Positions 9,840 through 21,181 are shown, counted from the first letter of the stretch. The stretch: 64,000 nucleotides of DNA from Bacteroidia bacterium (GCA_049115575.1 JAGDZU010000004.1:252294-316293), one strand, 5' to 3'. The notes: generated by a model from the sequence alone, not told the origin. Translations and numbers: made by a program.

Positions 9840-10419
9840 AATGATTCATGGCCCGTTCAGCACCTTGAACAATAAAGGCTTCTGTTAGTTTAACTGCTTT
9901 TTCAATCCCAAGTTTTACATCAATTGTTTCATCGGGTTCCCATTTTCCGAGTACATACTCAACCTGTCTGCCCTTTGGAAAATCGCTGCCTACTCCAAAT
10001 CGTATTCTTGGGAACTGATCAGTCCCTAACTGTGCTATAGTGTCTTTTAATCCGTTGTGCCCACCGTGACTACCTTTGGTTTTAAGTCTAATTTTAGCTA
10101 GCGGAAGTGCTATATCGTCAGTGATTATCAATATGCGTTCCAATGGAATTTTTTCGCTTTTCATCCAATGCCTAATGGCCTTTCCGCTTAAGTTCATATA
10201 AGTAGTTGGTTTGATCATAATAATCTGCTTACCTCTAAATTTTGCTTTAGCCACAAAAGCGAGTCGGCCAGTGTCAAAGCTTGCTTCTAAATCAGCAGCC
10301 CACTGATCAACAACATCAAAACCAATATTATGTCTAGTTCCTTTATAATCAAGTCCGATATTTCCCAATCCTACAATTAAGTATTTCACAGAATTCTCTT
10401 TCTTTTTAAACCACCACAT
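9832..10419 (-). CDS. pth: Peptidyl-tRNA hydrolase
   Basis: The YLIVGLGNIG...HNIGF N-terminus and the HGGHNG motif are present. Confidence 0.9.
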   Translation of the reverse strand: MWWFKKKENSVKYLIVGLGNIGLDYKGTRHNIGFDVVDQWAADLEASFDTGRLAFVAKAKFRGKQIIMIKPTTYMNLSGKAIRHWMKSEKIPLERILIITDDIALPLAKIRLKTKGSHGGHNGLKDTIAQLGTDQFPRIRFGVGSDFPKGRQVEYVLGKWEPDETIDVKLGIEKAVKLTEAFIVQGAERAMNHFN

Positions 10420-11633
10420 TAATTCAATGCTACATTTTCGTATCTAGAAGCTTTGTTCGCTGGAAATATGGAAATTACATATCCTAATAAAACTATAGTA
10501 AGCAAGGTGATAAACACGTCGGTAAAATGCAACTCTACAGGATAATTTTCTACTATGCTGTTTTCTAACTTCAGCAAGCCAAATTGCTTCTGGGCCAAAA
10601 CTGTAAGTAAGCCCAACAACAAACCAACTCCCCCACCAATAATGGCTATATAGCTCCCTTGCCAAACAAATAAACTCCTAATTAGAGATTTAGTGGCACC
10701 CATACTTTTAAGTATTGATATGTCTTTCCTTTTATCTAAGACCAGCATAATCAATGAACCAAAAATATTGAATGCTGAAATCAGCAATACCAAAGAGAGT
10801 ATGGCATAGGTAAACCACTTCTCACTTTGAAATATTTTATAAATCACTTCATTCTGTTCACGTCTTGTAACTACCTGCCACTTCTCACCCAAAGCCTGCT
10901 GCAATAAATCTTTAACTTCTTGCTCATCTACATTTTTGTCTAAATCTATTTCTAATGAACTGATTTCATTTGGATAATCTAATAACTCTGAAGCAAAATC
11001 CAGACTGGTAATGAATACTTCATTGTCAATTTCTTCATGAACAACAAAAATCCCGCTTGGTCTTAAGTATTGAACACTCAAAGCCGACATCGGATTCAAG
11101 CTATTATACTCCACATCCCTTCTGGGAATGAATACAGATACCGTCTCGTGGCTTCCAGGAAAAACACCCAATCGACCAGATAAACCACCACCAAATACGC
11201 CAAAATGCGACGATGTATCTCCAAAGTCAAGCTCGCCCAAAACCAATAAAGAATCAAAACGAGCAATATTAAAATGCTCATCAACACCTTTGATTCGAGC
11301 AATTTCTTGTCTCTCATTGAATTTGACAACCACTTTTTCCTCTAAACACTTTGAAATTCTATCAACACCTTCTATAGCGGTTATCTTGGCGAGCAACTCT
11401 TCATGAGGAATAAATACTTTCTTGCCTGAACTGCTTATCTCTATGTCTGGATCATAGTTGTTAATGAGATCTCCTACTAAACGTTCAAAGCCATTAAATG
11501 CAGAAAGTATGACTATCATAGCGAAAGCACCCACGCCAAACCCAAGCATAGCAATACCATTGATTACGTTAATGGCATTAATCTTCTTTTTAGAAAATAG
11601 ATACCGATATGCGATGAAGATCGGTAATTTCAA
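10419..11633 (-). CDS. FtsX/LolC/LolE-family ABC transporter permease
   Basis: It has an N-terminal TM helix, a large periplasmic domain, and a C-terminal FtsX-like 3-TM bundle. The architecture matches lipoprotein-release/MacB-type permeases. Confidence 0.7.
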   Translation of the reverse strand: MKLPIFIAYRYLFSKKKINAINVINGIAMLGFGVGAFAMIVILSAFNGFERLVGDLINNYDPDIEISSSGKKVFIPHEELLAKITAIEGVDRISKCLEEKVVVKFNERQEIARIKGVDEHFNIARFDSLLVLGELDFGDTSSHFGVFGGGLSGRLGVFPGSHETVSVFIPRRDVEYNSLNPMSALSVQYLRPSGIFVVHEEIDNEVFITSLDFASELLDYPNEISSLEIDLDKNVDEQEVKDLLQQALGEKWQVVTRREQNEVIYKIFQSEKWFTYAILSLVLLISAFNIFGSLIMLVLDKRKDISILKSMGATKSLIRSLFVWQGSYIAIIGGGVGLLLGLLTVLAQKQFGLLKLENSIVENYPVELHFTDVFITLLTIVLLGYVISIFPANKASRYENVALN

Positions 11634-11637
11634 TGGC

Positions 11638-11979
11638 TTACTTTAGGTTCTTTAACAAATTGGAGATCCGTTCAGCATGATCCATAGATGTGTCTAAGTA
11701 AAATCTAAACTCTGGAACTTTGCGCATCCCTTTTCCCGCTCCTTGTGCAAAGGATCTCCTAATTTCTTTATTGTGAAACTCCACTGTTTCCAAGCTTTTC
11801 TGCTTGTCTTCAGAGTTCATAAAGCCCAAATAGATTTTGGCAACACCTAAATCAGGACTCATTTCTACATCAACCAAAGTAATAAGTTGACCCGCTAGAA
11901 TTCGAGGCGCAATTTGATTGAGTACCACTGCCAAGTCCCGTTGCACTTCTTTTGCAACTTTCTCTTGCCTTATACTCAT
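11638..11979 (-). CDS. rbfA: Ribosome-binding factor A
   Basis: It is about 113 aa with an RbfA-like N-terminus (R..KV.KE.QR.L...L). Confidence 0.8.
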   Translation of the reverse strand: MSIRQEKVAKEVQRDLAVVLNQIAPRILAGQLITLVDVEMSPDLGVAKIYLGFMNSEDKQKSLETVEFHNKEIRRSFAQGAGKGMRKVPEFRFYLDTSMDHAERISNLLKNLK

Positions 11980-11982
11980 AAA

Positions 11983-12912
11983 CTATCTCAAAATAAACTT
12001 AGTGCTGGCCATCTCATGAGTGTCGCTAAACACCTTTAAAGTGTACTCACCAGCAGTCATAGATTCATTAGCAGGTATGATTACAAGAGCAGATTCATTT
12101 TTGTTTTGGAAATTAACTACTTTCTTTAGAGTGTACATACTCTCACCACCTTGATAGCTGAAAGTTCCAGCTCCAAGCGATTCATCTACCAATGTTGATT
12201 TATTAGGTGTTTGTAGCTTAAAGTAAAGGGTCTTTTCACCTTTTTCAGCTAAATCATTGCTTCCTAAAACTAAGTTTATATCTACTTGAACTACTCTTTT
12301 AAGTTTATCTGTTGGCTTTAACTTTCCTCCTAATGCCTTTTTCATAGGAGTAACTTCGAGCGATTTTAAGAATATGCGTTTACCTATAGCTACTTGGCTC
12401 GAGAGGTCTGTGTTTTCGGCTTCAACCTCTTGAATTCGTTGTTGCCCTGCCTCTACTTGCTTCTGCATGATATAGTTTTCGTCTTTGAGGTACTGGTTCT
12501 CTTGAGATAATGAATCAACTTCAAAAGTCAATCTTTCCATATCCGCTCTAAGTCTGGTTATTTCAGAGCGGGCGCGTTGAAGTTCAGCCGCTGTAACTCC
12601 TTCTTTACTCAATAAAGTTTTGATCTTCGCTACTTGCTTTTGAATCTCTGCTTCTCTTAAGGTAATCACACTATCTAAGCTGGCATTCTCGCCTTTATAG
12701 AAATCTAAATCCTCTTCCAATTGCTCTTTAAGATCTTCTATCGTAGCTAGTTCAGTTTGGGTATTAACCAACTCATTCTTGGTTAAACTTAACTTCTTGT
12801 TATTGGTTACCAAGTTGTAGATTAGCAATAGATTAATCAGGAATAAAACAAGGATTATTATAAAGAGATATATCTTACTCTTCTTATTCTTACTATCATC
12901 TTTCACAGTCAT
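11983..12912 (-). CDS. Hypothetical membrane-anchored coiled-coil protein
   Basis: It has an N-terminal TM helix, about 150 aa of heptad-rich E/Q/L/K sequence, and a C-terminal beta-rich domain. I recognise no family. Confidence 0.45.
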   Translation of the reverse strand: MTVKDDSKNKKSKIYLFIIILVLFLINLLLIYNLVTNNKKLSLTKNELVNTQTELATIEDLKEQLEEDLDFYKGENASLDSVITLREAEIQKQVAKIKTLLSKEGVTAAELQRARSEITRLRADMERLTFEVDSLSQENQYLKDENYIMQKQVEAGQQRIQEVEAENTDLSSQVAIGKRIFLKSLEVTPMKKALGGKLKPTDKLKRVVQVDINLVLGSNDLAEKGEKTLYFKLQTPNKSTLVDESLGAGTFSYQGGESMYTLKKVVNFQNKNESALVIIPANESMTAGEYTLKVFSDTHEMASTKFILR

Positions 12913-12975
12913 ACAGCTCTAACGTTTTTAGGTTTGATTAATTACAAATTTAACAAATTCGATGGATGCTTGTTT

Positions 12976-15279
12976 CTACTGATTTTGAGCTTTAATCAAG
13001 TTCAAAGCACTTCCAGCACTGAACCAATCGATCTGAGCTTGATTGTAAGTGTGATTCACCACTATATCATCTGAGCTTCCATCAGCATGATTTACTCTAA
13101 TCGTCAATGGCCTTGACGGACTAAATTCATTAAGCCCAATAATGTCGAATGTATCTGTCTCCTGGATTTTGTCATAATCCGAGGGATCATTGAAAGTTAA
13201 TCCAAGCATACCTTGTTTCTTTAAGTTGGTCTCATGGATTCTAGCAAAAGATTTTACAACAACTGCTCTAACTCCTAAATGTCTCGGCTCCATTGCCGCA
13301 TGCTCTCTAGATGAGCCTTCACCGTAGTTTTCCTCACCAAAAACAATAGAAAAATCTCCAGAGGCCTGTATAGCACGGGCAACTTTAGGAACACTATCAT
13401 ATTGCTTAGTGTATGGATTCAAAACATGATCTGTTTTTTCATTATATGCATTAACCGCACCTATTAAGAGGTTGTTAGAGATATTGTCTAAATGCCCTCT
13501 ATAAGTTAACCAAGGTCCAGCCATTGAAATATGGTCGGTTGTACATTTTCCTTTAGCTTTTATCAAAAGTTTAAGACCTTTTAGATCTTGTCCATCCCAT
13601 GCTGAAAATGGAGTTAGTCGTTGTAGTCTTTTAGAGTCCTCATTTATCACTACATCAACAGAAGAACCATCCACTAAAGGTTCCACATAGCCATTGTCTT
13701 CTACATCAAATCCTCTAGATGGCAATTCCATACCGGTTGGTGGATCTAACATCACATCCTCTCCAGCTTCGTTTTTTAAGGTATCTGTCATTGGGTTGAA
13801 ATCCAATCTTCCAGAAATGGCAATCGCTGCCACTATCTCGGGAGAGGCAACAAAAGCATGCGTATTTGGATTCCCATCTGCTCTTTTCGCAAAATTTCTA
13901 TTGAAAGAGTGCACTATGGTGTTTTTTTCTTTTCTGTCAGCCCCTTCTCTTGCCCATTGACCAATACAAGGCCCGCAAGCATTCGTGAAAATTGTGGCAT
14001 CCAGATCTTCGAAAGTTTTTAATAAACCATCCCTATCAGCCGTATATCTCACTTGCTCTGAACCAGGATTGATACCAAACTGTGCTTTGGTTCTTAAATT
14101 CTTATCTATCGCCTGTTTTGCAACAGATGCAGCTCGGGATAAATCTTCATATGAGGAATTTGTACAAGATCCTATGAGTCCCCATTCTACTTTAAGTGGC
14201 CATCCATTGGCTTCTGCTTTTTCAGTCATTTCGCCAACCACAGTATCTAAATCTGGCGTAAAAGGTCCGTTAATATGAGGTTTCAGCTCAGATAGATTAA
14301 TCTCTATAACTTGATCAAAATAATTTTCTGGATTAGCGTAAACCTCTTCATCTCCAGTGAGATGTTCTTTAACATTATTGGCTAAATCTGCTACTTCATT
14401 TCTTCCCGTAGCTCTTAGATACCTCTCCATGCTATCGTCATATCCAAAAGTGGATGTTGTAGCACCTATCTCTGCACCCATATTACAAATAGTGCCTTTC
14501 CCAGTACAGCTAATGCTTTTAGCTCCAGGTCCAAAATATTCAACTATAGCGCCCGTTCCACCCTTTACTGTAAGTATACCTGCTACTTTTAGTATTACGT
14601 CTTTAGGTGAACTCCAACCATTTAGTTCTCCAGTTAGCTTCACTCCAATGAGTTTTGGAAATTTAAGTTCCCAAGGCATTCCCGCCATCACATCTACTGC
14701 ATCAGCTCCTCCAACTCCAATTGCAACCATTCCCAATCCACCAGCATTCACTGTATGCGAATCTGTACCTATCATCATTCCACCGGGGAATGCGTAATTC
14801 TCAAGCACTACTTGGTGAATAATACCAGCTCCTGGTTTCCAAAAGCCGATCCCGTATTTATTGGATACTGAAGCTAAAAAATTGAAAACTTCATTGCTTT
14901 GGTTTATGGCATTTTGAAGATCCTCATCCGCGCCCATTTTTGCCTGAATTAGGTGATCACAGTGCACAGTTGTTGGTACCGCTACTTTGGGTTTCCCCGC
15001 CTGCATAAATTGCAAAAGGGCCATTTGTGCAGTTGCATCTTGACAAGCAATTCTATCAGGAGCGAAGTCTACATAGTCCTTTGCTCTATGAAATGCTCTG
15101 TCTGCATGGCCATCCCAAAGGTGGCTATAAAGTATTTTCTCTGCTAATGTCAGTGGCTTTCCTACCACCTGTCTTGCCTTAACTACCTTATCTTCAAGGT
15201 TTTGGTAAACCTTCTTAATTAAATCTAAATCAAATACTTGCTGAGTGCTCATGAGGTGTGCAAAAGTAGCAGAATTCAA
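12976..15279 (-). CDS. acn: Aconitate hydratase (mitochondrial-type aconitase, about 767 aa)
   Basis: The aconitase family signatures and Fe-S ligand contexts ([18 protein letters not shown]) are present. The swivel domain is at the C-terminus. Confidence 0.9.
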   Translation of the reverse strand: MNSATFAHLMSTQQVFDLDLIKKVYQNLEDKVVKARQVVGKPLTLAEKILYSHLWDGHADRAFHRAKDYVDFAPDRIACQDATAQMALLQFMQAGKPKVAVPTTVHCDHLIQAKMGADEDLQNAINQSNEVFNFLASVSNKYGIGFWKPGAGIIHQVVLENYAFPGGMMIGTDSHTVNAGGLGMVAIGVGGADAVDVMAGMPWELKFPKLIGVKLTGELNGWSSPKDVILKVAGILTVKGGTGAIVEYFGPGAKSISCTGKGTICNMGAEIGATTSTFGYDDSMERYLRATGRNEVADLANNVKEHLTGDEEVYANPENYFDQVIEINLSELKPHINGPFTPDLDTVVGEMTEKAEANGWPLKVEWGLIGSCTNSSYEDLSRAASVAKQAIDKNLRTKAQFGINPGSEQVRYTADRDGLLKTFEDLDATIFTNACGPCIGQWAREGADRKEKNTIVHSFNRNFAKRADGNPNTHAFVASPEIVAAIAISGRLDFNPMTDTLKNEAGEDVMLDPPTGMELPSRGFDVEDNGYVEPLVDGSSVDVVINEDSKRLQRLTPFSAWDGQDLKGLKLLIKAKGKCTTDHISMAGPWLTYRGHLDNISNNLLIGAVNAYNEKTDHVLNPYTKQYDSVPKVARAIQASGDFSIVFGEENYGEGSSREHAAMEPRHLGVRAVVVKSFARIHETNLKKQGMLGLTFNDPSDYDKIQETDTFDIIGLNEFSPSRPLTIRVNHADGSSDDIVVNHTYNQAQIDWFSAGSALNLIKAQNQ

Positions 15280-15292
15280 AAAAATCTCACAT

Positions 15293-15317
15293 AAAAAAAG
15301 GGGGCATTTAAGCCCCC
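15293..15317 (-). terminator. Rho-independent terminator for the minus-strand gene ending at 15476
   Basis: GC stem GGGGGC/GCCCCC with a 6-nt loop. It is followed on the minus strand by a T7 run (A-run 15293..15299 on plus). Confidence 0.6.
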
Positions 15318-15475
15318 TGTAATAGTTTAGATAATGTTAGTAGCTAGCTCAGTTTATCTGAATCTTAATGCTTTATTCTAAGGTTGTGGTACAAACTAAG
15401 GATACTTCTCTCAGCAGTTATTCACATAAAAAGTGCGAGAATAATGTTGTCTTGTTTTTAGAACGCAGCACGATT

Positions 15476-16228
15476 TCAGTTTTCGGCGCTCTCCACAACA
15501 ATGTGTTTAAAGGACTTGGCCTTGTCTATAGATTGATAGAATGTATCATCCTTGGTTCTATCAAAGTGGATTTCTATTGCTCCATCTATGAAGTATTTAT
15601 AATGTAGATGGCTTAATTCATGTCTGTTCAGCTGCCCAAGTTTTACTTTTCTTTCCCTATATGTTGCCCATCCATCTAGAGTTTCGAGAATAAGGATTTC
15701 CAATTTCTCCTTCTTGTTCATTTGCGCCTGCATTAATACTCCGTGATCCTTATTGAACAAAATCAAGCTATTCTGTGCCATTCTATAATTCATGTTACTG
15801 ATGCGTGCGCTGTCAGTTGTAAAGATGATGGGCTCCCAGCTTTCACCTCCATTTATAGTCCTTAGTGCAAAAGGGAATGATCCATAACCCATTTCTGCGC
15901 CATAGATATAAACCGAATTGCTGTCAAGTACAAACGCGCTCATAGATTCGGTATAACCGAAATGCAGGAGCTTGCGATGTGGGTCTAAGTTGTCTAATTG
16001 AATTTCTTTTTTTATAACGAAATTCCTATCATAGATCATTAGCTGATATGCTGTAGAATCGTGTGATAAAAATGCGTGTTGGCCAATTATGGAATCACCT
16101 CTCAAGATTTGACCCATTACAGCCGTTTCTCCCTTTTCTAAAGGTTGAACTTGGAAACCTGAAGATGATACTTGGCTGAATCCTGCGAAGGAGTACAGTA
16201 AAAGACAGCTTGTGAGAATTACTTTCAC
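15476..16228 (-). CDS. Hypothetical secreted protein (signal peptide)
   Basis: It has a hydrophobic N-terminal signal (LTSCLLLYSFAGFSQ). No family is recognised. Confidence 0.45.
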   Translation of the reverse strand: MKVILTSCLLLYSFAGFSQVSSSGFQVQPLEKGETAVMGQILRGDSIIGQHAFLSHDSTAYQLMIYDRNFVIKKEIQLDNLDPHRKLLHFGYTESMSAFVLDSNSVYIYGAEMGYGSFPFALRTINGGESWEPIIFTTDSARISNMNYRMAQNSLILFNKDHGVLMQAQMNKKEKLEILILETLDGWATYRERKVKLGQLNRHELSHLHYKYFIDGAIEIHFDRTKDDTFYQSIDKAKSFKHIVVESAEN

Positions 16229-16258
16229 TAAAGAGCTAACGCATTATTAAACTTAAAA

Positions 16259-17038
16259 TTACTCTCCTTTAAATTCAGGCTTGCGCTTTTCATTAAAAGC
16301 AGTTACGCCTTCTTTGTAGTCAGATGAATTTCCGGCAATCTCTTGACAATAGGCCTCATACTGTAGCATGGTGTCTAAATCAGAGGAGGTTGATTTATTC
16401 AGCATGGCTTTCATCATACCTATAGCCTTTGTTGGAGCATTTGAATAGAATGCTGCTACTTCCGCTACTTCTGAGTCTAGATTTTCAACTGCAACAACTC
16501 TATTTACCATTCCCCATTCTAAAGCATGTTGCGCCGTTACCTTTGATCCCATAGTAGCGAGTTCAAAGGCCTTTTGACTACCAACAACTCTTGGAAGAAA
16601 ATAAGAAGAACCCGAATCTAGTACAAGACCTACATTCACAAAAACTTCTATTAAACTAGCTTTCTCTGAGGCAATTATGAAATCAGATGCCAAAGCCAAT
16701 GAACATCCAGCACCAGCTGCAACCCCATTGAGTTTACAAATTATGGGCTTACTCAAAGACCGCATAGCCTTAATAATAGGATTGTATCTTTTATACAAAG
16801 AATCAGACAAAGAGCGTTCCGCTCCAGCAATATCTTTTAAGTCTTGACCTGAGCAAAATGCTTTGCCTTCACCTGTTAATACTACAACCCTGCATTCCTT
16901 ATCTCTTTTTACGGCTTTAAGTGCATCTTGTAGCTCATAACTCATTTCATTGTTAAAAGCATTGAATCGATCTGGTCTATTTAATGTGATGGTAGTTACA
17001 CCATTCTCAGATTTGTATTTTAAGCAATTGAACTCCAT
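16259..17038 (-). CDS. Enoyl-CoA hydratase/isomerase (crotonase family)
   Basis: The crotonase-fold motifs are present (ITLNRPDRFNAF, GEGKAFCSGQDLK, the oxyanion region GAGCSLALASD). Confidence 0.8.
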   Translation of the reverse strand: MEFNCLKYKSENGVTTITLNRPDRFNAFNNEMSYELQDALKAVKRDKECRVVVLTGEGKAFCSGQDLKDIAGAERSLSDSLYKRYNPIIKAMRSLSKPIICKLNGVAAGAGCSLALASDFIIASEKASLIEVFVNVGLVLDSGSSYFLPRVVGSQKAFELATMGSKVTAQHALEWGMVNRVVAVENLDSEVAEVAAFYSNAPTKAIGMMKAMLNKSTSSDLDTMLQYEAYCQEIAGNSSDYKEGVTAFNEKRKPEFKGE

Positions 17039-17619
17039 TGGAATATTATTGGGACAAAAATACTCAGAACTATTCCCAAGCCATAACCCAATAAGAGTTC
17101 CTTTACAGTATGTGCATTTTGCAAGTACCTAATAAGCAATACAGCAAGACCCATGAAGACAGCAAGTGAGATAGCCAATGCTGGCGAACCTAATGGTTTA
17201 ATACCAAAAGCATAAGTAAGTACCCAGAACTCATCTCTTAAAAAGAATAAAGTCATTCCCCAACCCATAGCATGCCAGCTGATATTCATTTTTGTTCTTT
17301 GAACAATAAATCCAAAAATCAATAATCCAATTGACCACATAGCAAATCCAAATGAAGTAGGTAATTCTGAATCTAACCATGACCAGGCAAATAAGAGAGC
17401 ATAGCAAAAAGCCAACACATAATAGATAAGCTGCCTTTCTTTAATACTAGGTGACACCAAATCAATACCCCTTAAGCTGAAAAGCACAACAGGAAGAGCC
17501 AACGCTATTCCAACTGCAACAATTAATCGCATGATTTCCCATCCGGGAAGATTCATTAATAGGGGCAGAAAGATGGGGTGTGAAACAAAAGCTAAAACAA
17601 AAAGTATTTTAGTCTTCAT
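17020..17619 (-). CDS. Hypothetical polytopic membrane protein
   Basis: It has six predicted TM helices. It overlaps the start of the enoyl-CoA hydratase gene and abuts the rpoN stop. Confidence 0.4.
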   Translation of the reverse strand: MKTKILFVLAFVSHPIFLPLLMNLPGWEIMRLIVAVGIALALPVVLFSLRGIDLVSPSIKERQLIYYVLAFCYALLFAWSWLDSELPTSFGFAMWSIGLLIFGFIVQRTKMNISWHAMGWGMTLFFLRDEFWVLTYAFGIKPLGSPALAISLAVFMGLAVLLIRYLQNAHTVKELLLGYGLGIVLSIFVPIIFQWSSIA

Positions 17620-19073
17620 TAGAGTTCTTTTCTTAACCTGGCAACTGGCACATTGAGCTGCTCTCTATATTTAGCTACAGTTCTTCTAGCAATTTTATAA
17701 CCCTTTTCTTGCAGAATTAGCTTAAGTGCCTCATCTGTTAAAGGTTTGCGTTTATCTTCACTTTCAACAGCCTCTTTTAAAATTTTCTTTACTTCTCTGT
17801 TAGATACTTCCTCTCCACTAGATGTGGTAATACCTTCTGTAAAGAAATCTTTGAGCAGGATAATCCCAAAATCAGTTTCTACGTATTTGCTACTCGCAAC
17901 TCGAGATATTGTAGAAATGTCCATTCCTATGGCTTCAGCAATATCCTTTAGTATCATCGGTTTTAAATCTGACTCATCACCACTTAAGAAAAACTCATGC
18001 TGAATTTCTACAATCTTTTTCATAGTGGTTAGCAAGGTGTTTTGCCTCTGTTTCACAGAGTCGATAAACCATTTGGCACTATCGAGTTTCTGCTTAATAA
18101 ACTGTACTGCATCTTTATCACTTTTGGATTTGTCCTTACTTGCCTCAAAGCCTTGCAATGTTTCTTTATATGCCGGACTAATTTTTAGTTCAGGTGCATT
18201 CTTGGAATTCAAGCTCACTTGAAGCACACCATAATCATCTTTTACAATGAAATCGGGAATGATATAATCCTTATTCCCACCCCCTTCGGATCCAGATTGT
18301 GCGGGTTTAGGGTTTAGTTTCGAAACAAAATCCAAAGCCTCTTTAAGGTAGTCTTCAGACACATCAAGCTTCTTGGTCAATTTCTCATAATGCTTCTTAG
18401 AGAAATCATCCATATGTTTTGAAATGATTTCAATAGCTAACTTATATATAGGATTATCACCTGCTTCCTGTTTGCGTTCTATTTGCAATAGCAAACATTC
18501 CTTGAGGTCTCTTGCCCCTATCCCAGGAGGATCCATTTGCTGAATCTGCAGCAGAACTTTCTCAAGATCATCTTCTGTGGTTCTGATATTCTGAGTAAAT
18601 AACAAATCATTTTTGATTGAACCTAGTGGCCTTCTCAAATAACCGTCATCATCTAAAGTACCCACCAATTGCTGAGCCAGCATATCTTGCTCTTCAGATT
18701 CGAGGCCTGAAGTCATTTGCTCCAATAAGCGCTCTCTGAATGAGGTATGATAAACGGCAGGCATATGGTCTTTTTCCTCTTCATTACCCCTGTATTCACC
18801 ACTTAAGCGAATTCCATCTTCTGCCTCATTGAGATAGTCACTTATATCAAACTCATCATCTTTACGATCTATAGAAGCGTCATCAAACTCGTCATCATTA
18901 AAATCTACCTCATCAGACTCTTCTTTTCCACTTTCAAGAGCCGGATTTTCCAACAACTCCTCATCAACACGCTCTTCAAAATTGAGCGTATTAAGTTGTA
19001 ACAGCTTGATAAACTGTATTTGTTGTGGCGATAGCTTTTGTAGGAGCTTCTGACTGAGCTGCTGTTTTATCAT
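17619..19073 (-). CDS. rpoN: RNA polymerase sigma-54 factor
   Basis: The C-terminal RpoN box (ARRTVAKYREQLNVPVARLR) is present. There is a Q-rich N-terminal region I and an acidic region II. Confidence 0.9.
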   Translation of the reverse strand: MIKQQLSQKLLQKLSPQQIQFIKLLQLNTLNFEERVDEELLENPALESGKEESDEVDFNDDEFDDASIDRKDDEFDISDYLNEAEDGIRLSGEYRGNEEEKDHMPAVYHTSFRERLLEQMTSGLESEEQDMLAQQLVGTLDDDGYLRRPLGSIKNDLLFTQNIRTTEDDLEKVLLQIQQMDPPGIGARDLKECLLLQIERKQEAGDNPIYKLAIEIISKHMDDFSKKHYEKLTKKLDVSEDYLKEALDFVSKLNPKPAQSGSEGGGNKDYIIPDFIVKDDYGVLQVSLNSKNAPELKISPAYKETLQGFEASKDKSKSDKDAVQFIKQKLDSAKWFIDSVKQRQNTLLTTMKKIVEIQHEFFLSGDESDLKPMILKDIAEAIGMDISTISRVASSKYVETDFGIILLKDFFTEGITTSSGEEVSNREVKKILKEAVESEDKRKPLTDEALKLILQEKGYKIARRTVAKYREQLNVPVARLRKEL

Positions 19074-19152
19074 AATAGTTTAGCTATGCAATTCATAGTT
19101 TTACAACTACTTTTGCTCCTCAAATTTAAGCAGATTTCCCTTTACAAGCAAA

Positions 19153-20667
19153 ATGTATACCAAAAGTTTACCGGAACATGAAGGCCAGGAGGTTACCTTA
19201 AAAGGTTGGGTAGCCAATAAGCGAGAAAGCAAAACTGTCACTTTTATCATTTTAAGAGATGGCTTTGGATTTAGTCAATGCATCATTGGAGCCGATAATG
19301 TGAATGAAGACGAATTCGAGCAATCTAAGGGTTTAGGCTTAGAAAGTTCAATTGAAATTACGGGTAAGGTTGTTAAAGATGAAAGGCAAGTTGGTGGTTT
19401 TGAAATTCATGCGACTTCTTTCAAAGTACTTCAAAATGCTGTAGATTATCCCATAGCTAAAAAGGAGCATGGGATTGAATTTTTAATTGACAAAAGACAT
19501 TTATGGTTAAGGAGTAAGCGCCAATGGGCTATTATGAAGGTTAGAAACCGAGTGATTTATGCCATTCATAATTTCTTCCAAGAACGTGATTTTGTACAAA
19601 TGGATGCACCAGTATTTACTGGCAATGCGGCTGAAGGAACAACAGATTTATTTGAAACGGATTATTTTGGTAAACCTGCATATTTGACTCAATCAGGGCA
19701 GTTATATGGCGAAGCCATGGCCATGGCCATGGGTAAGATTTACACTTTTGGCCCAACCTTTAGAGCAGAAAAATCTAAAACGCGAAGACATCTTTCTGAA
19801 TTTTGGATGATTGAGCCTGAAATGGCTTTCTATGACATCTTTGATAATATGGACCTCATCGAGGAATTCTTGAGATATGTAGTTTTAGATGTGATTGATC
19901 ATTGTAAATCTGAATTGGAGATTTTAGAACGAGATACAAGCAAGTTGACTACTGTTGCGGGAAAGATGCCCCGTTTGTCTTATGATCAAGCCGTTCGTAT
20001 TCTCAAAGGAGAAGAAGATGTTGAAGGAAAGAACAGTTTAACAACTTTGAGTTCTGATCTTCAAATTGTGATTGAAAGAAAAGCAGAGGCATTAGAAGAT
20101 ATAAAATCCCGAGAAGCTGCAATTGCAGCAGGAGGAATGAAAAAGGGGCAAATCAATTTCAACCAAAATAAAATTGACCAACTTAAACAAGAAGTCAAAC
20201 AGTTGGAAGAAGATGAGAGGAACATTCCTAAATGGATAGAATCGGCCAAAAACTTCAACTATGGAAGTGATTTTGGAGGTTCTGATGAAACGGTTATCAC
20301 TAGATTATTCGACTTGCCAATTATGGTTTATGATTGGCCTCATGAAATTAAAGCCTTCTATATGAAACGCAATCCCGAGGATCCGAGATTTGCTCGTGGT
20401 GTAGATGTACTTGCTCCTGAAGGATACGGTGAAATCGTTGGAGGAGGAGAAAGAGAAACAAGCGAAGAATGGCTTAAAGAAAAGATAGTAGAACATAAAC
20501 TACCCATGGATGTTTTTGAATGGTATTTGGATTTGAGAAGATTTGGATCAGTACCGCATGCGGGTTTTGGACTTGGACTTGAACGCTTGGTTTCGTGGAT
20601 TTGCAAGCTTGATCATGTAAGAGAGACTATTCCATTTCCTAGGTACTACGGTAGGTTAGAACCTTAA
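19153..20667 (+). CDS. asnS: Asparagine--tRNA ligase
   Basis: Class IIb motifs FRAEKSKTRRHLSEFWMIEPEMAF and GFGLGLERLV are present, with an N-terminal OB fold. A charged coiled-coil insertion sits in the catalytic domain. Confidence 0.85.
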   Translation: MYTKSLPEHEGQEVTLKGWVANKRESKTVTFIILRDGFGFSQCIIGADNVNEDEFEQSKGLGLESSIEITGKVVKDERQVGGFEIHATSFKVLQNAVDYPIAKKEHGIEFLIDKRHLWLRSKRQWAIMKVRNRVIYAIHNFFQERDFVQMDAPVFTGNAAEGTTDLFETDYFGKPAYLTQSGQLYGEAMAMAMGKIYTFGPTFRAEKSKTRRHLSEFWMIEPEMAFYDIFDNMDLIEEFLRYVVLDVIDHCKSELEILERDTSKLTTVAGKMPRLSYDQAVRILKGEEDVEGKNSLTTLSSDLQIVIERKAEALEDIKSREAAIAAGGMKKGQINFNQNKIDQLKQEVKQLEEDERNIPKWIESAKNFNYGSDFGGSDETVITRLFDLPIMVYDWPHEIKAFYMKRNPEDPRFARGVDVLAPEGYGEIVGGGERETSEEWLKEKIVEHKLPMDVFEWYLDLRRFGSVPHAGFGLGLERLVSWICKLDHVRETIPFPRYYGRLEP

Positions 20668-21170
20668 TGCGGTTCGTAAATAGCAAACTCAAACGAATAT
20701 TCGTTTCGTTCATTTTGGGGGAATGAACAATAGTTCAACACTTCCCAATCGTCAAAATTAATTTCAGGAAAGTATCTGTCTGCTGCTGGAAACACGGCAT
20801 CAACATGGGAAACATAAATACGATCAACCAAAGGAAGCGCTTGTCTATAGATTTCGGCTCCACCCAATATAAAAACTTCTCCTTTTTGTTCTAGCCTATC
20901 TGCCAACTCAATACCTTCTTTTAAAGAATGCACCACATAACACCCAGGATAACTGTAATCCTCATCCCTTGTAACTATAATATTTGTTCTGTTTTTAAGA
21001 GGTTTGCCAATGGATTCAAAAGATTTTCTACCATGAATAACTGCATGTTGTGAAGTAGCCCTCATAAACAATTTCAGATCATCCTTTATGTGCCAGAGCA
21101 ATTCATTGTCTTTTCCTATAGCAAAATCATTTGCGATAGCAACAATAATAGAAAGCCTGTTTTTCCTCAC
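20664..21170 (-). CDS. folA: Dihydrofolate reductase
   Basis: The DHFR N-terminus (LSIIVAIANDFAIGKDNELLWH) is present and the length is 168 aa. Confidence 0.85.
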   Translation of the reverse strand: MRKNRLSIIVAIANDFAIGKDNELLWHIKDDLKLFMRATSQHAVIHGRKSFESIGKPLKNRTNIIVTRDEDYSYPGCYVVHSLKEGIELADRLEQKGEVFILGGAEIYRQALPLVDRIYVSHVDAVFPAADRYFPEINFDDWEVLNYCSFPQNERNEYSFEFAIYEPH

Positions 21171-21181
21171 TCTTGCAAATT

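Noticed and set aside
13694-14797. Three plus-strand ORFs (88-146 aa) inside the aconitase gene
   Set aside because: They are shadow ORFs of a highly conserved minus-strand gene. They are Pro/Ser/Ala-rich and have no start context.
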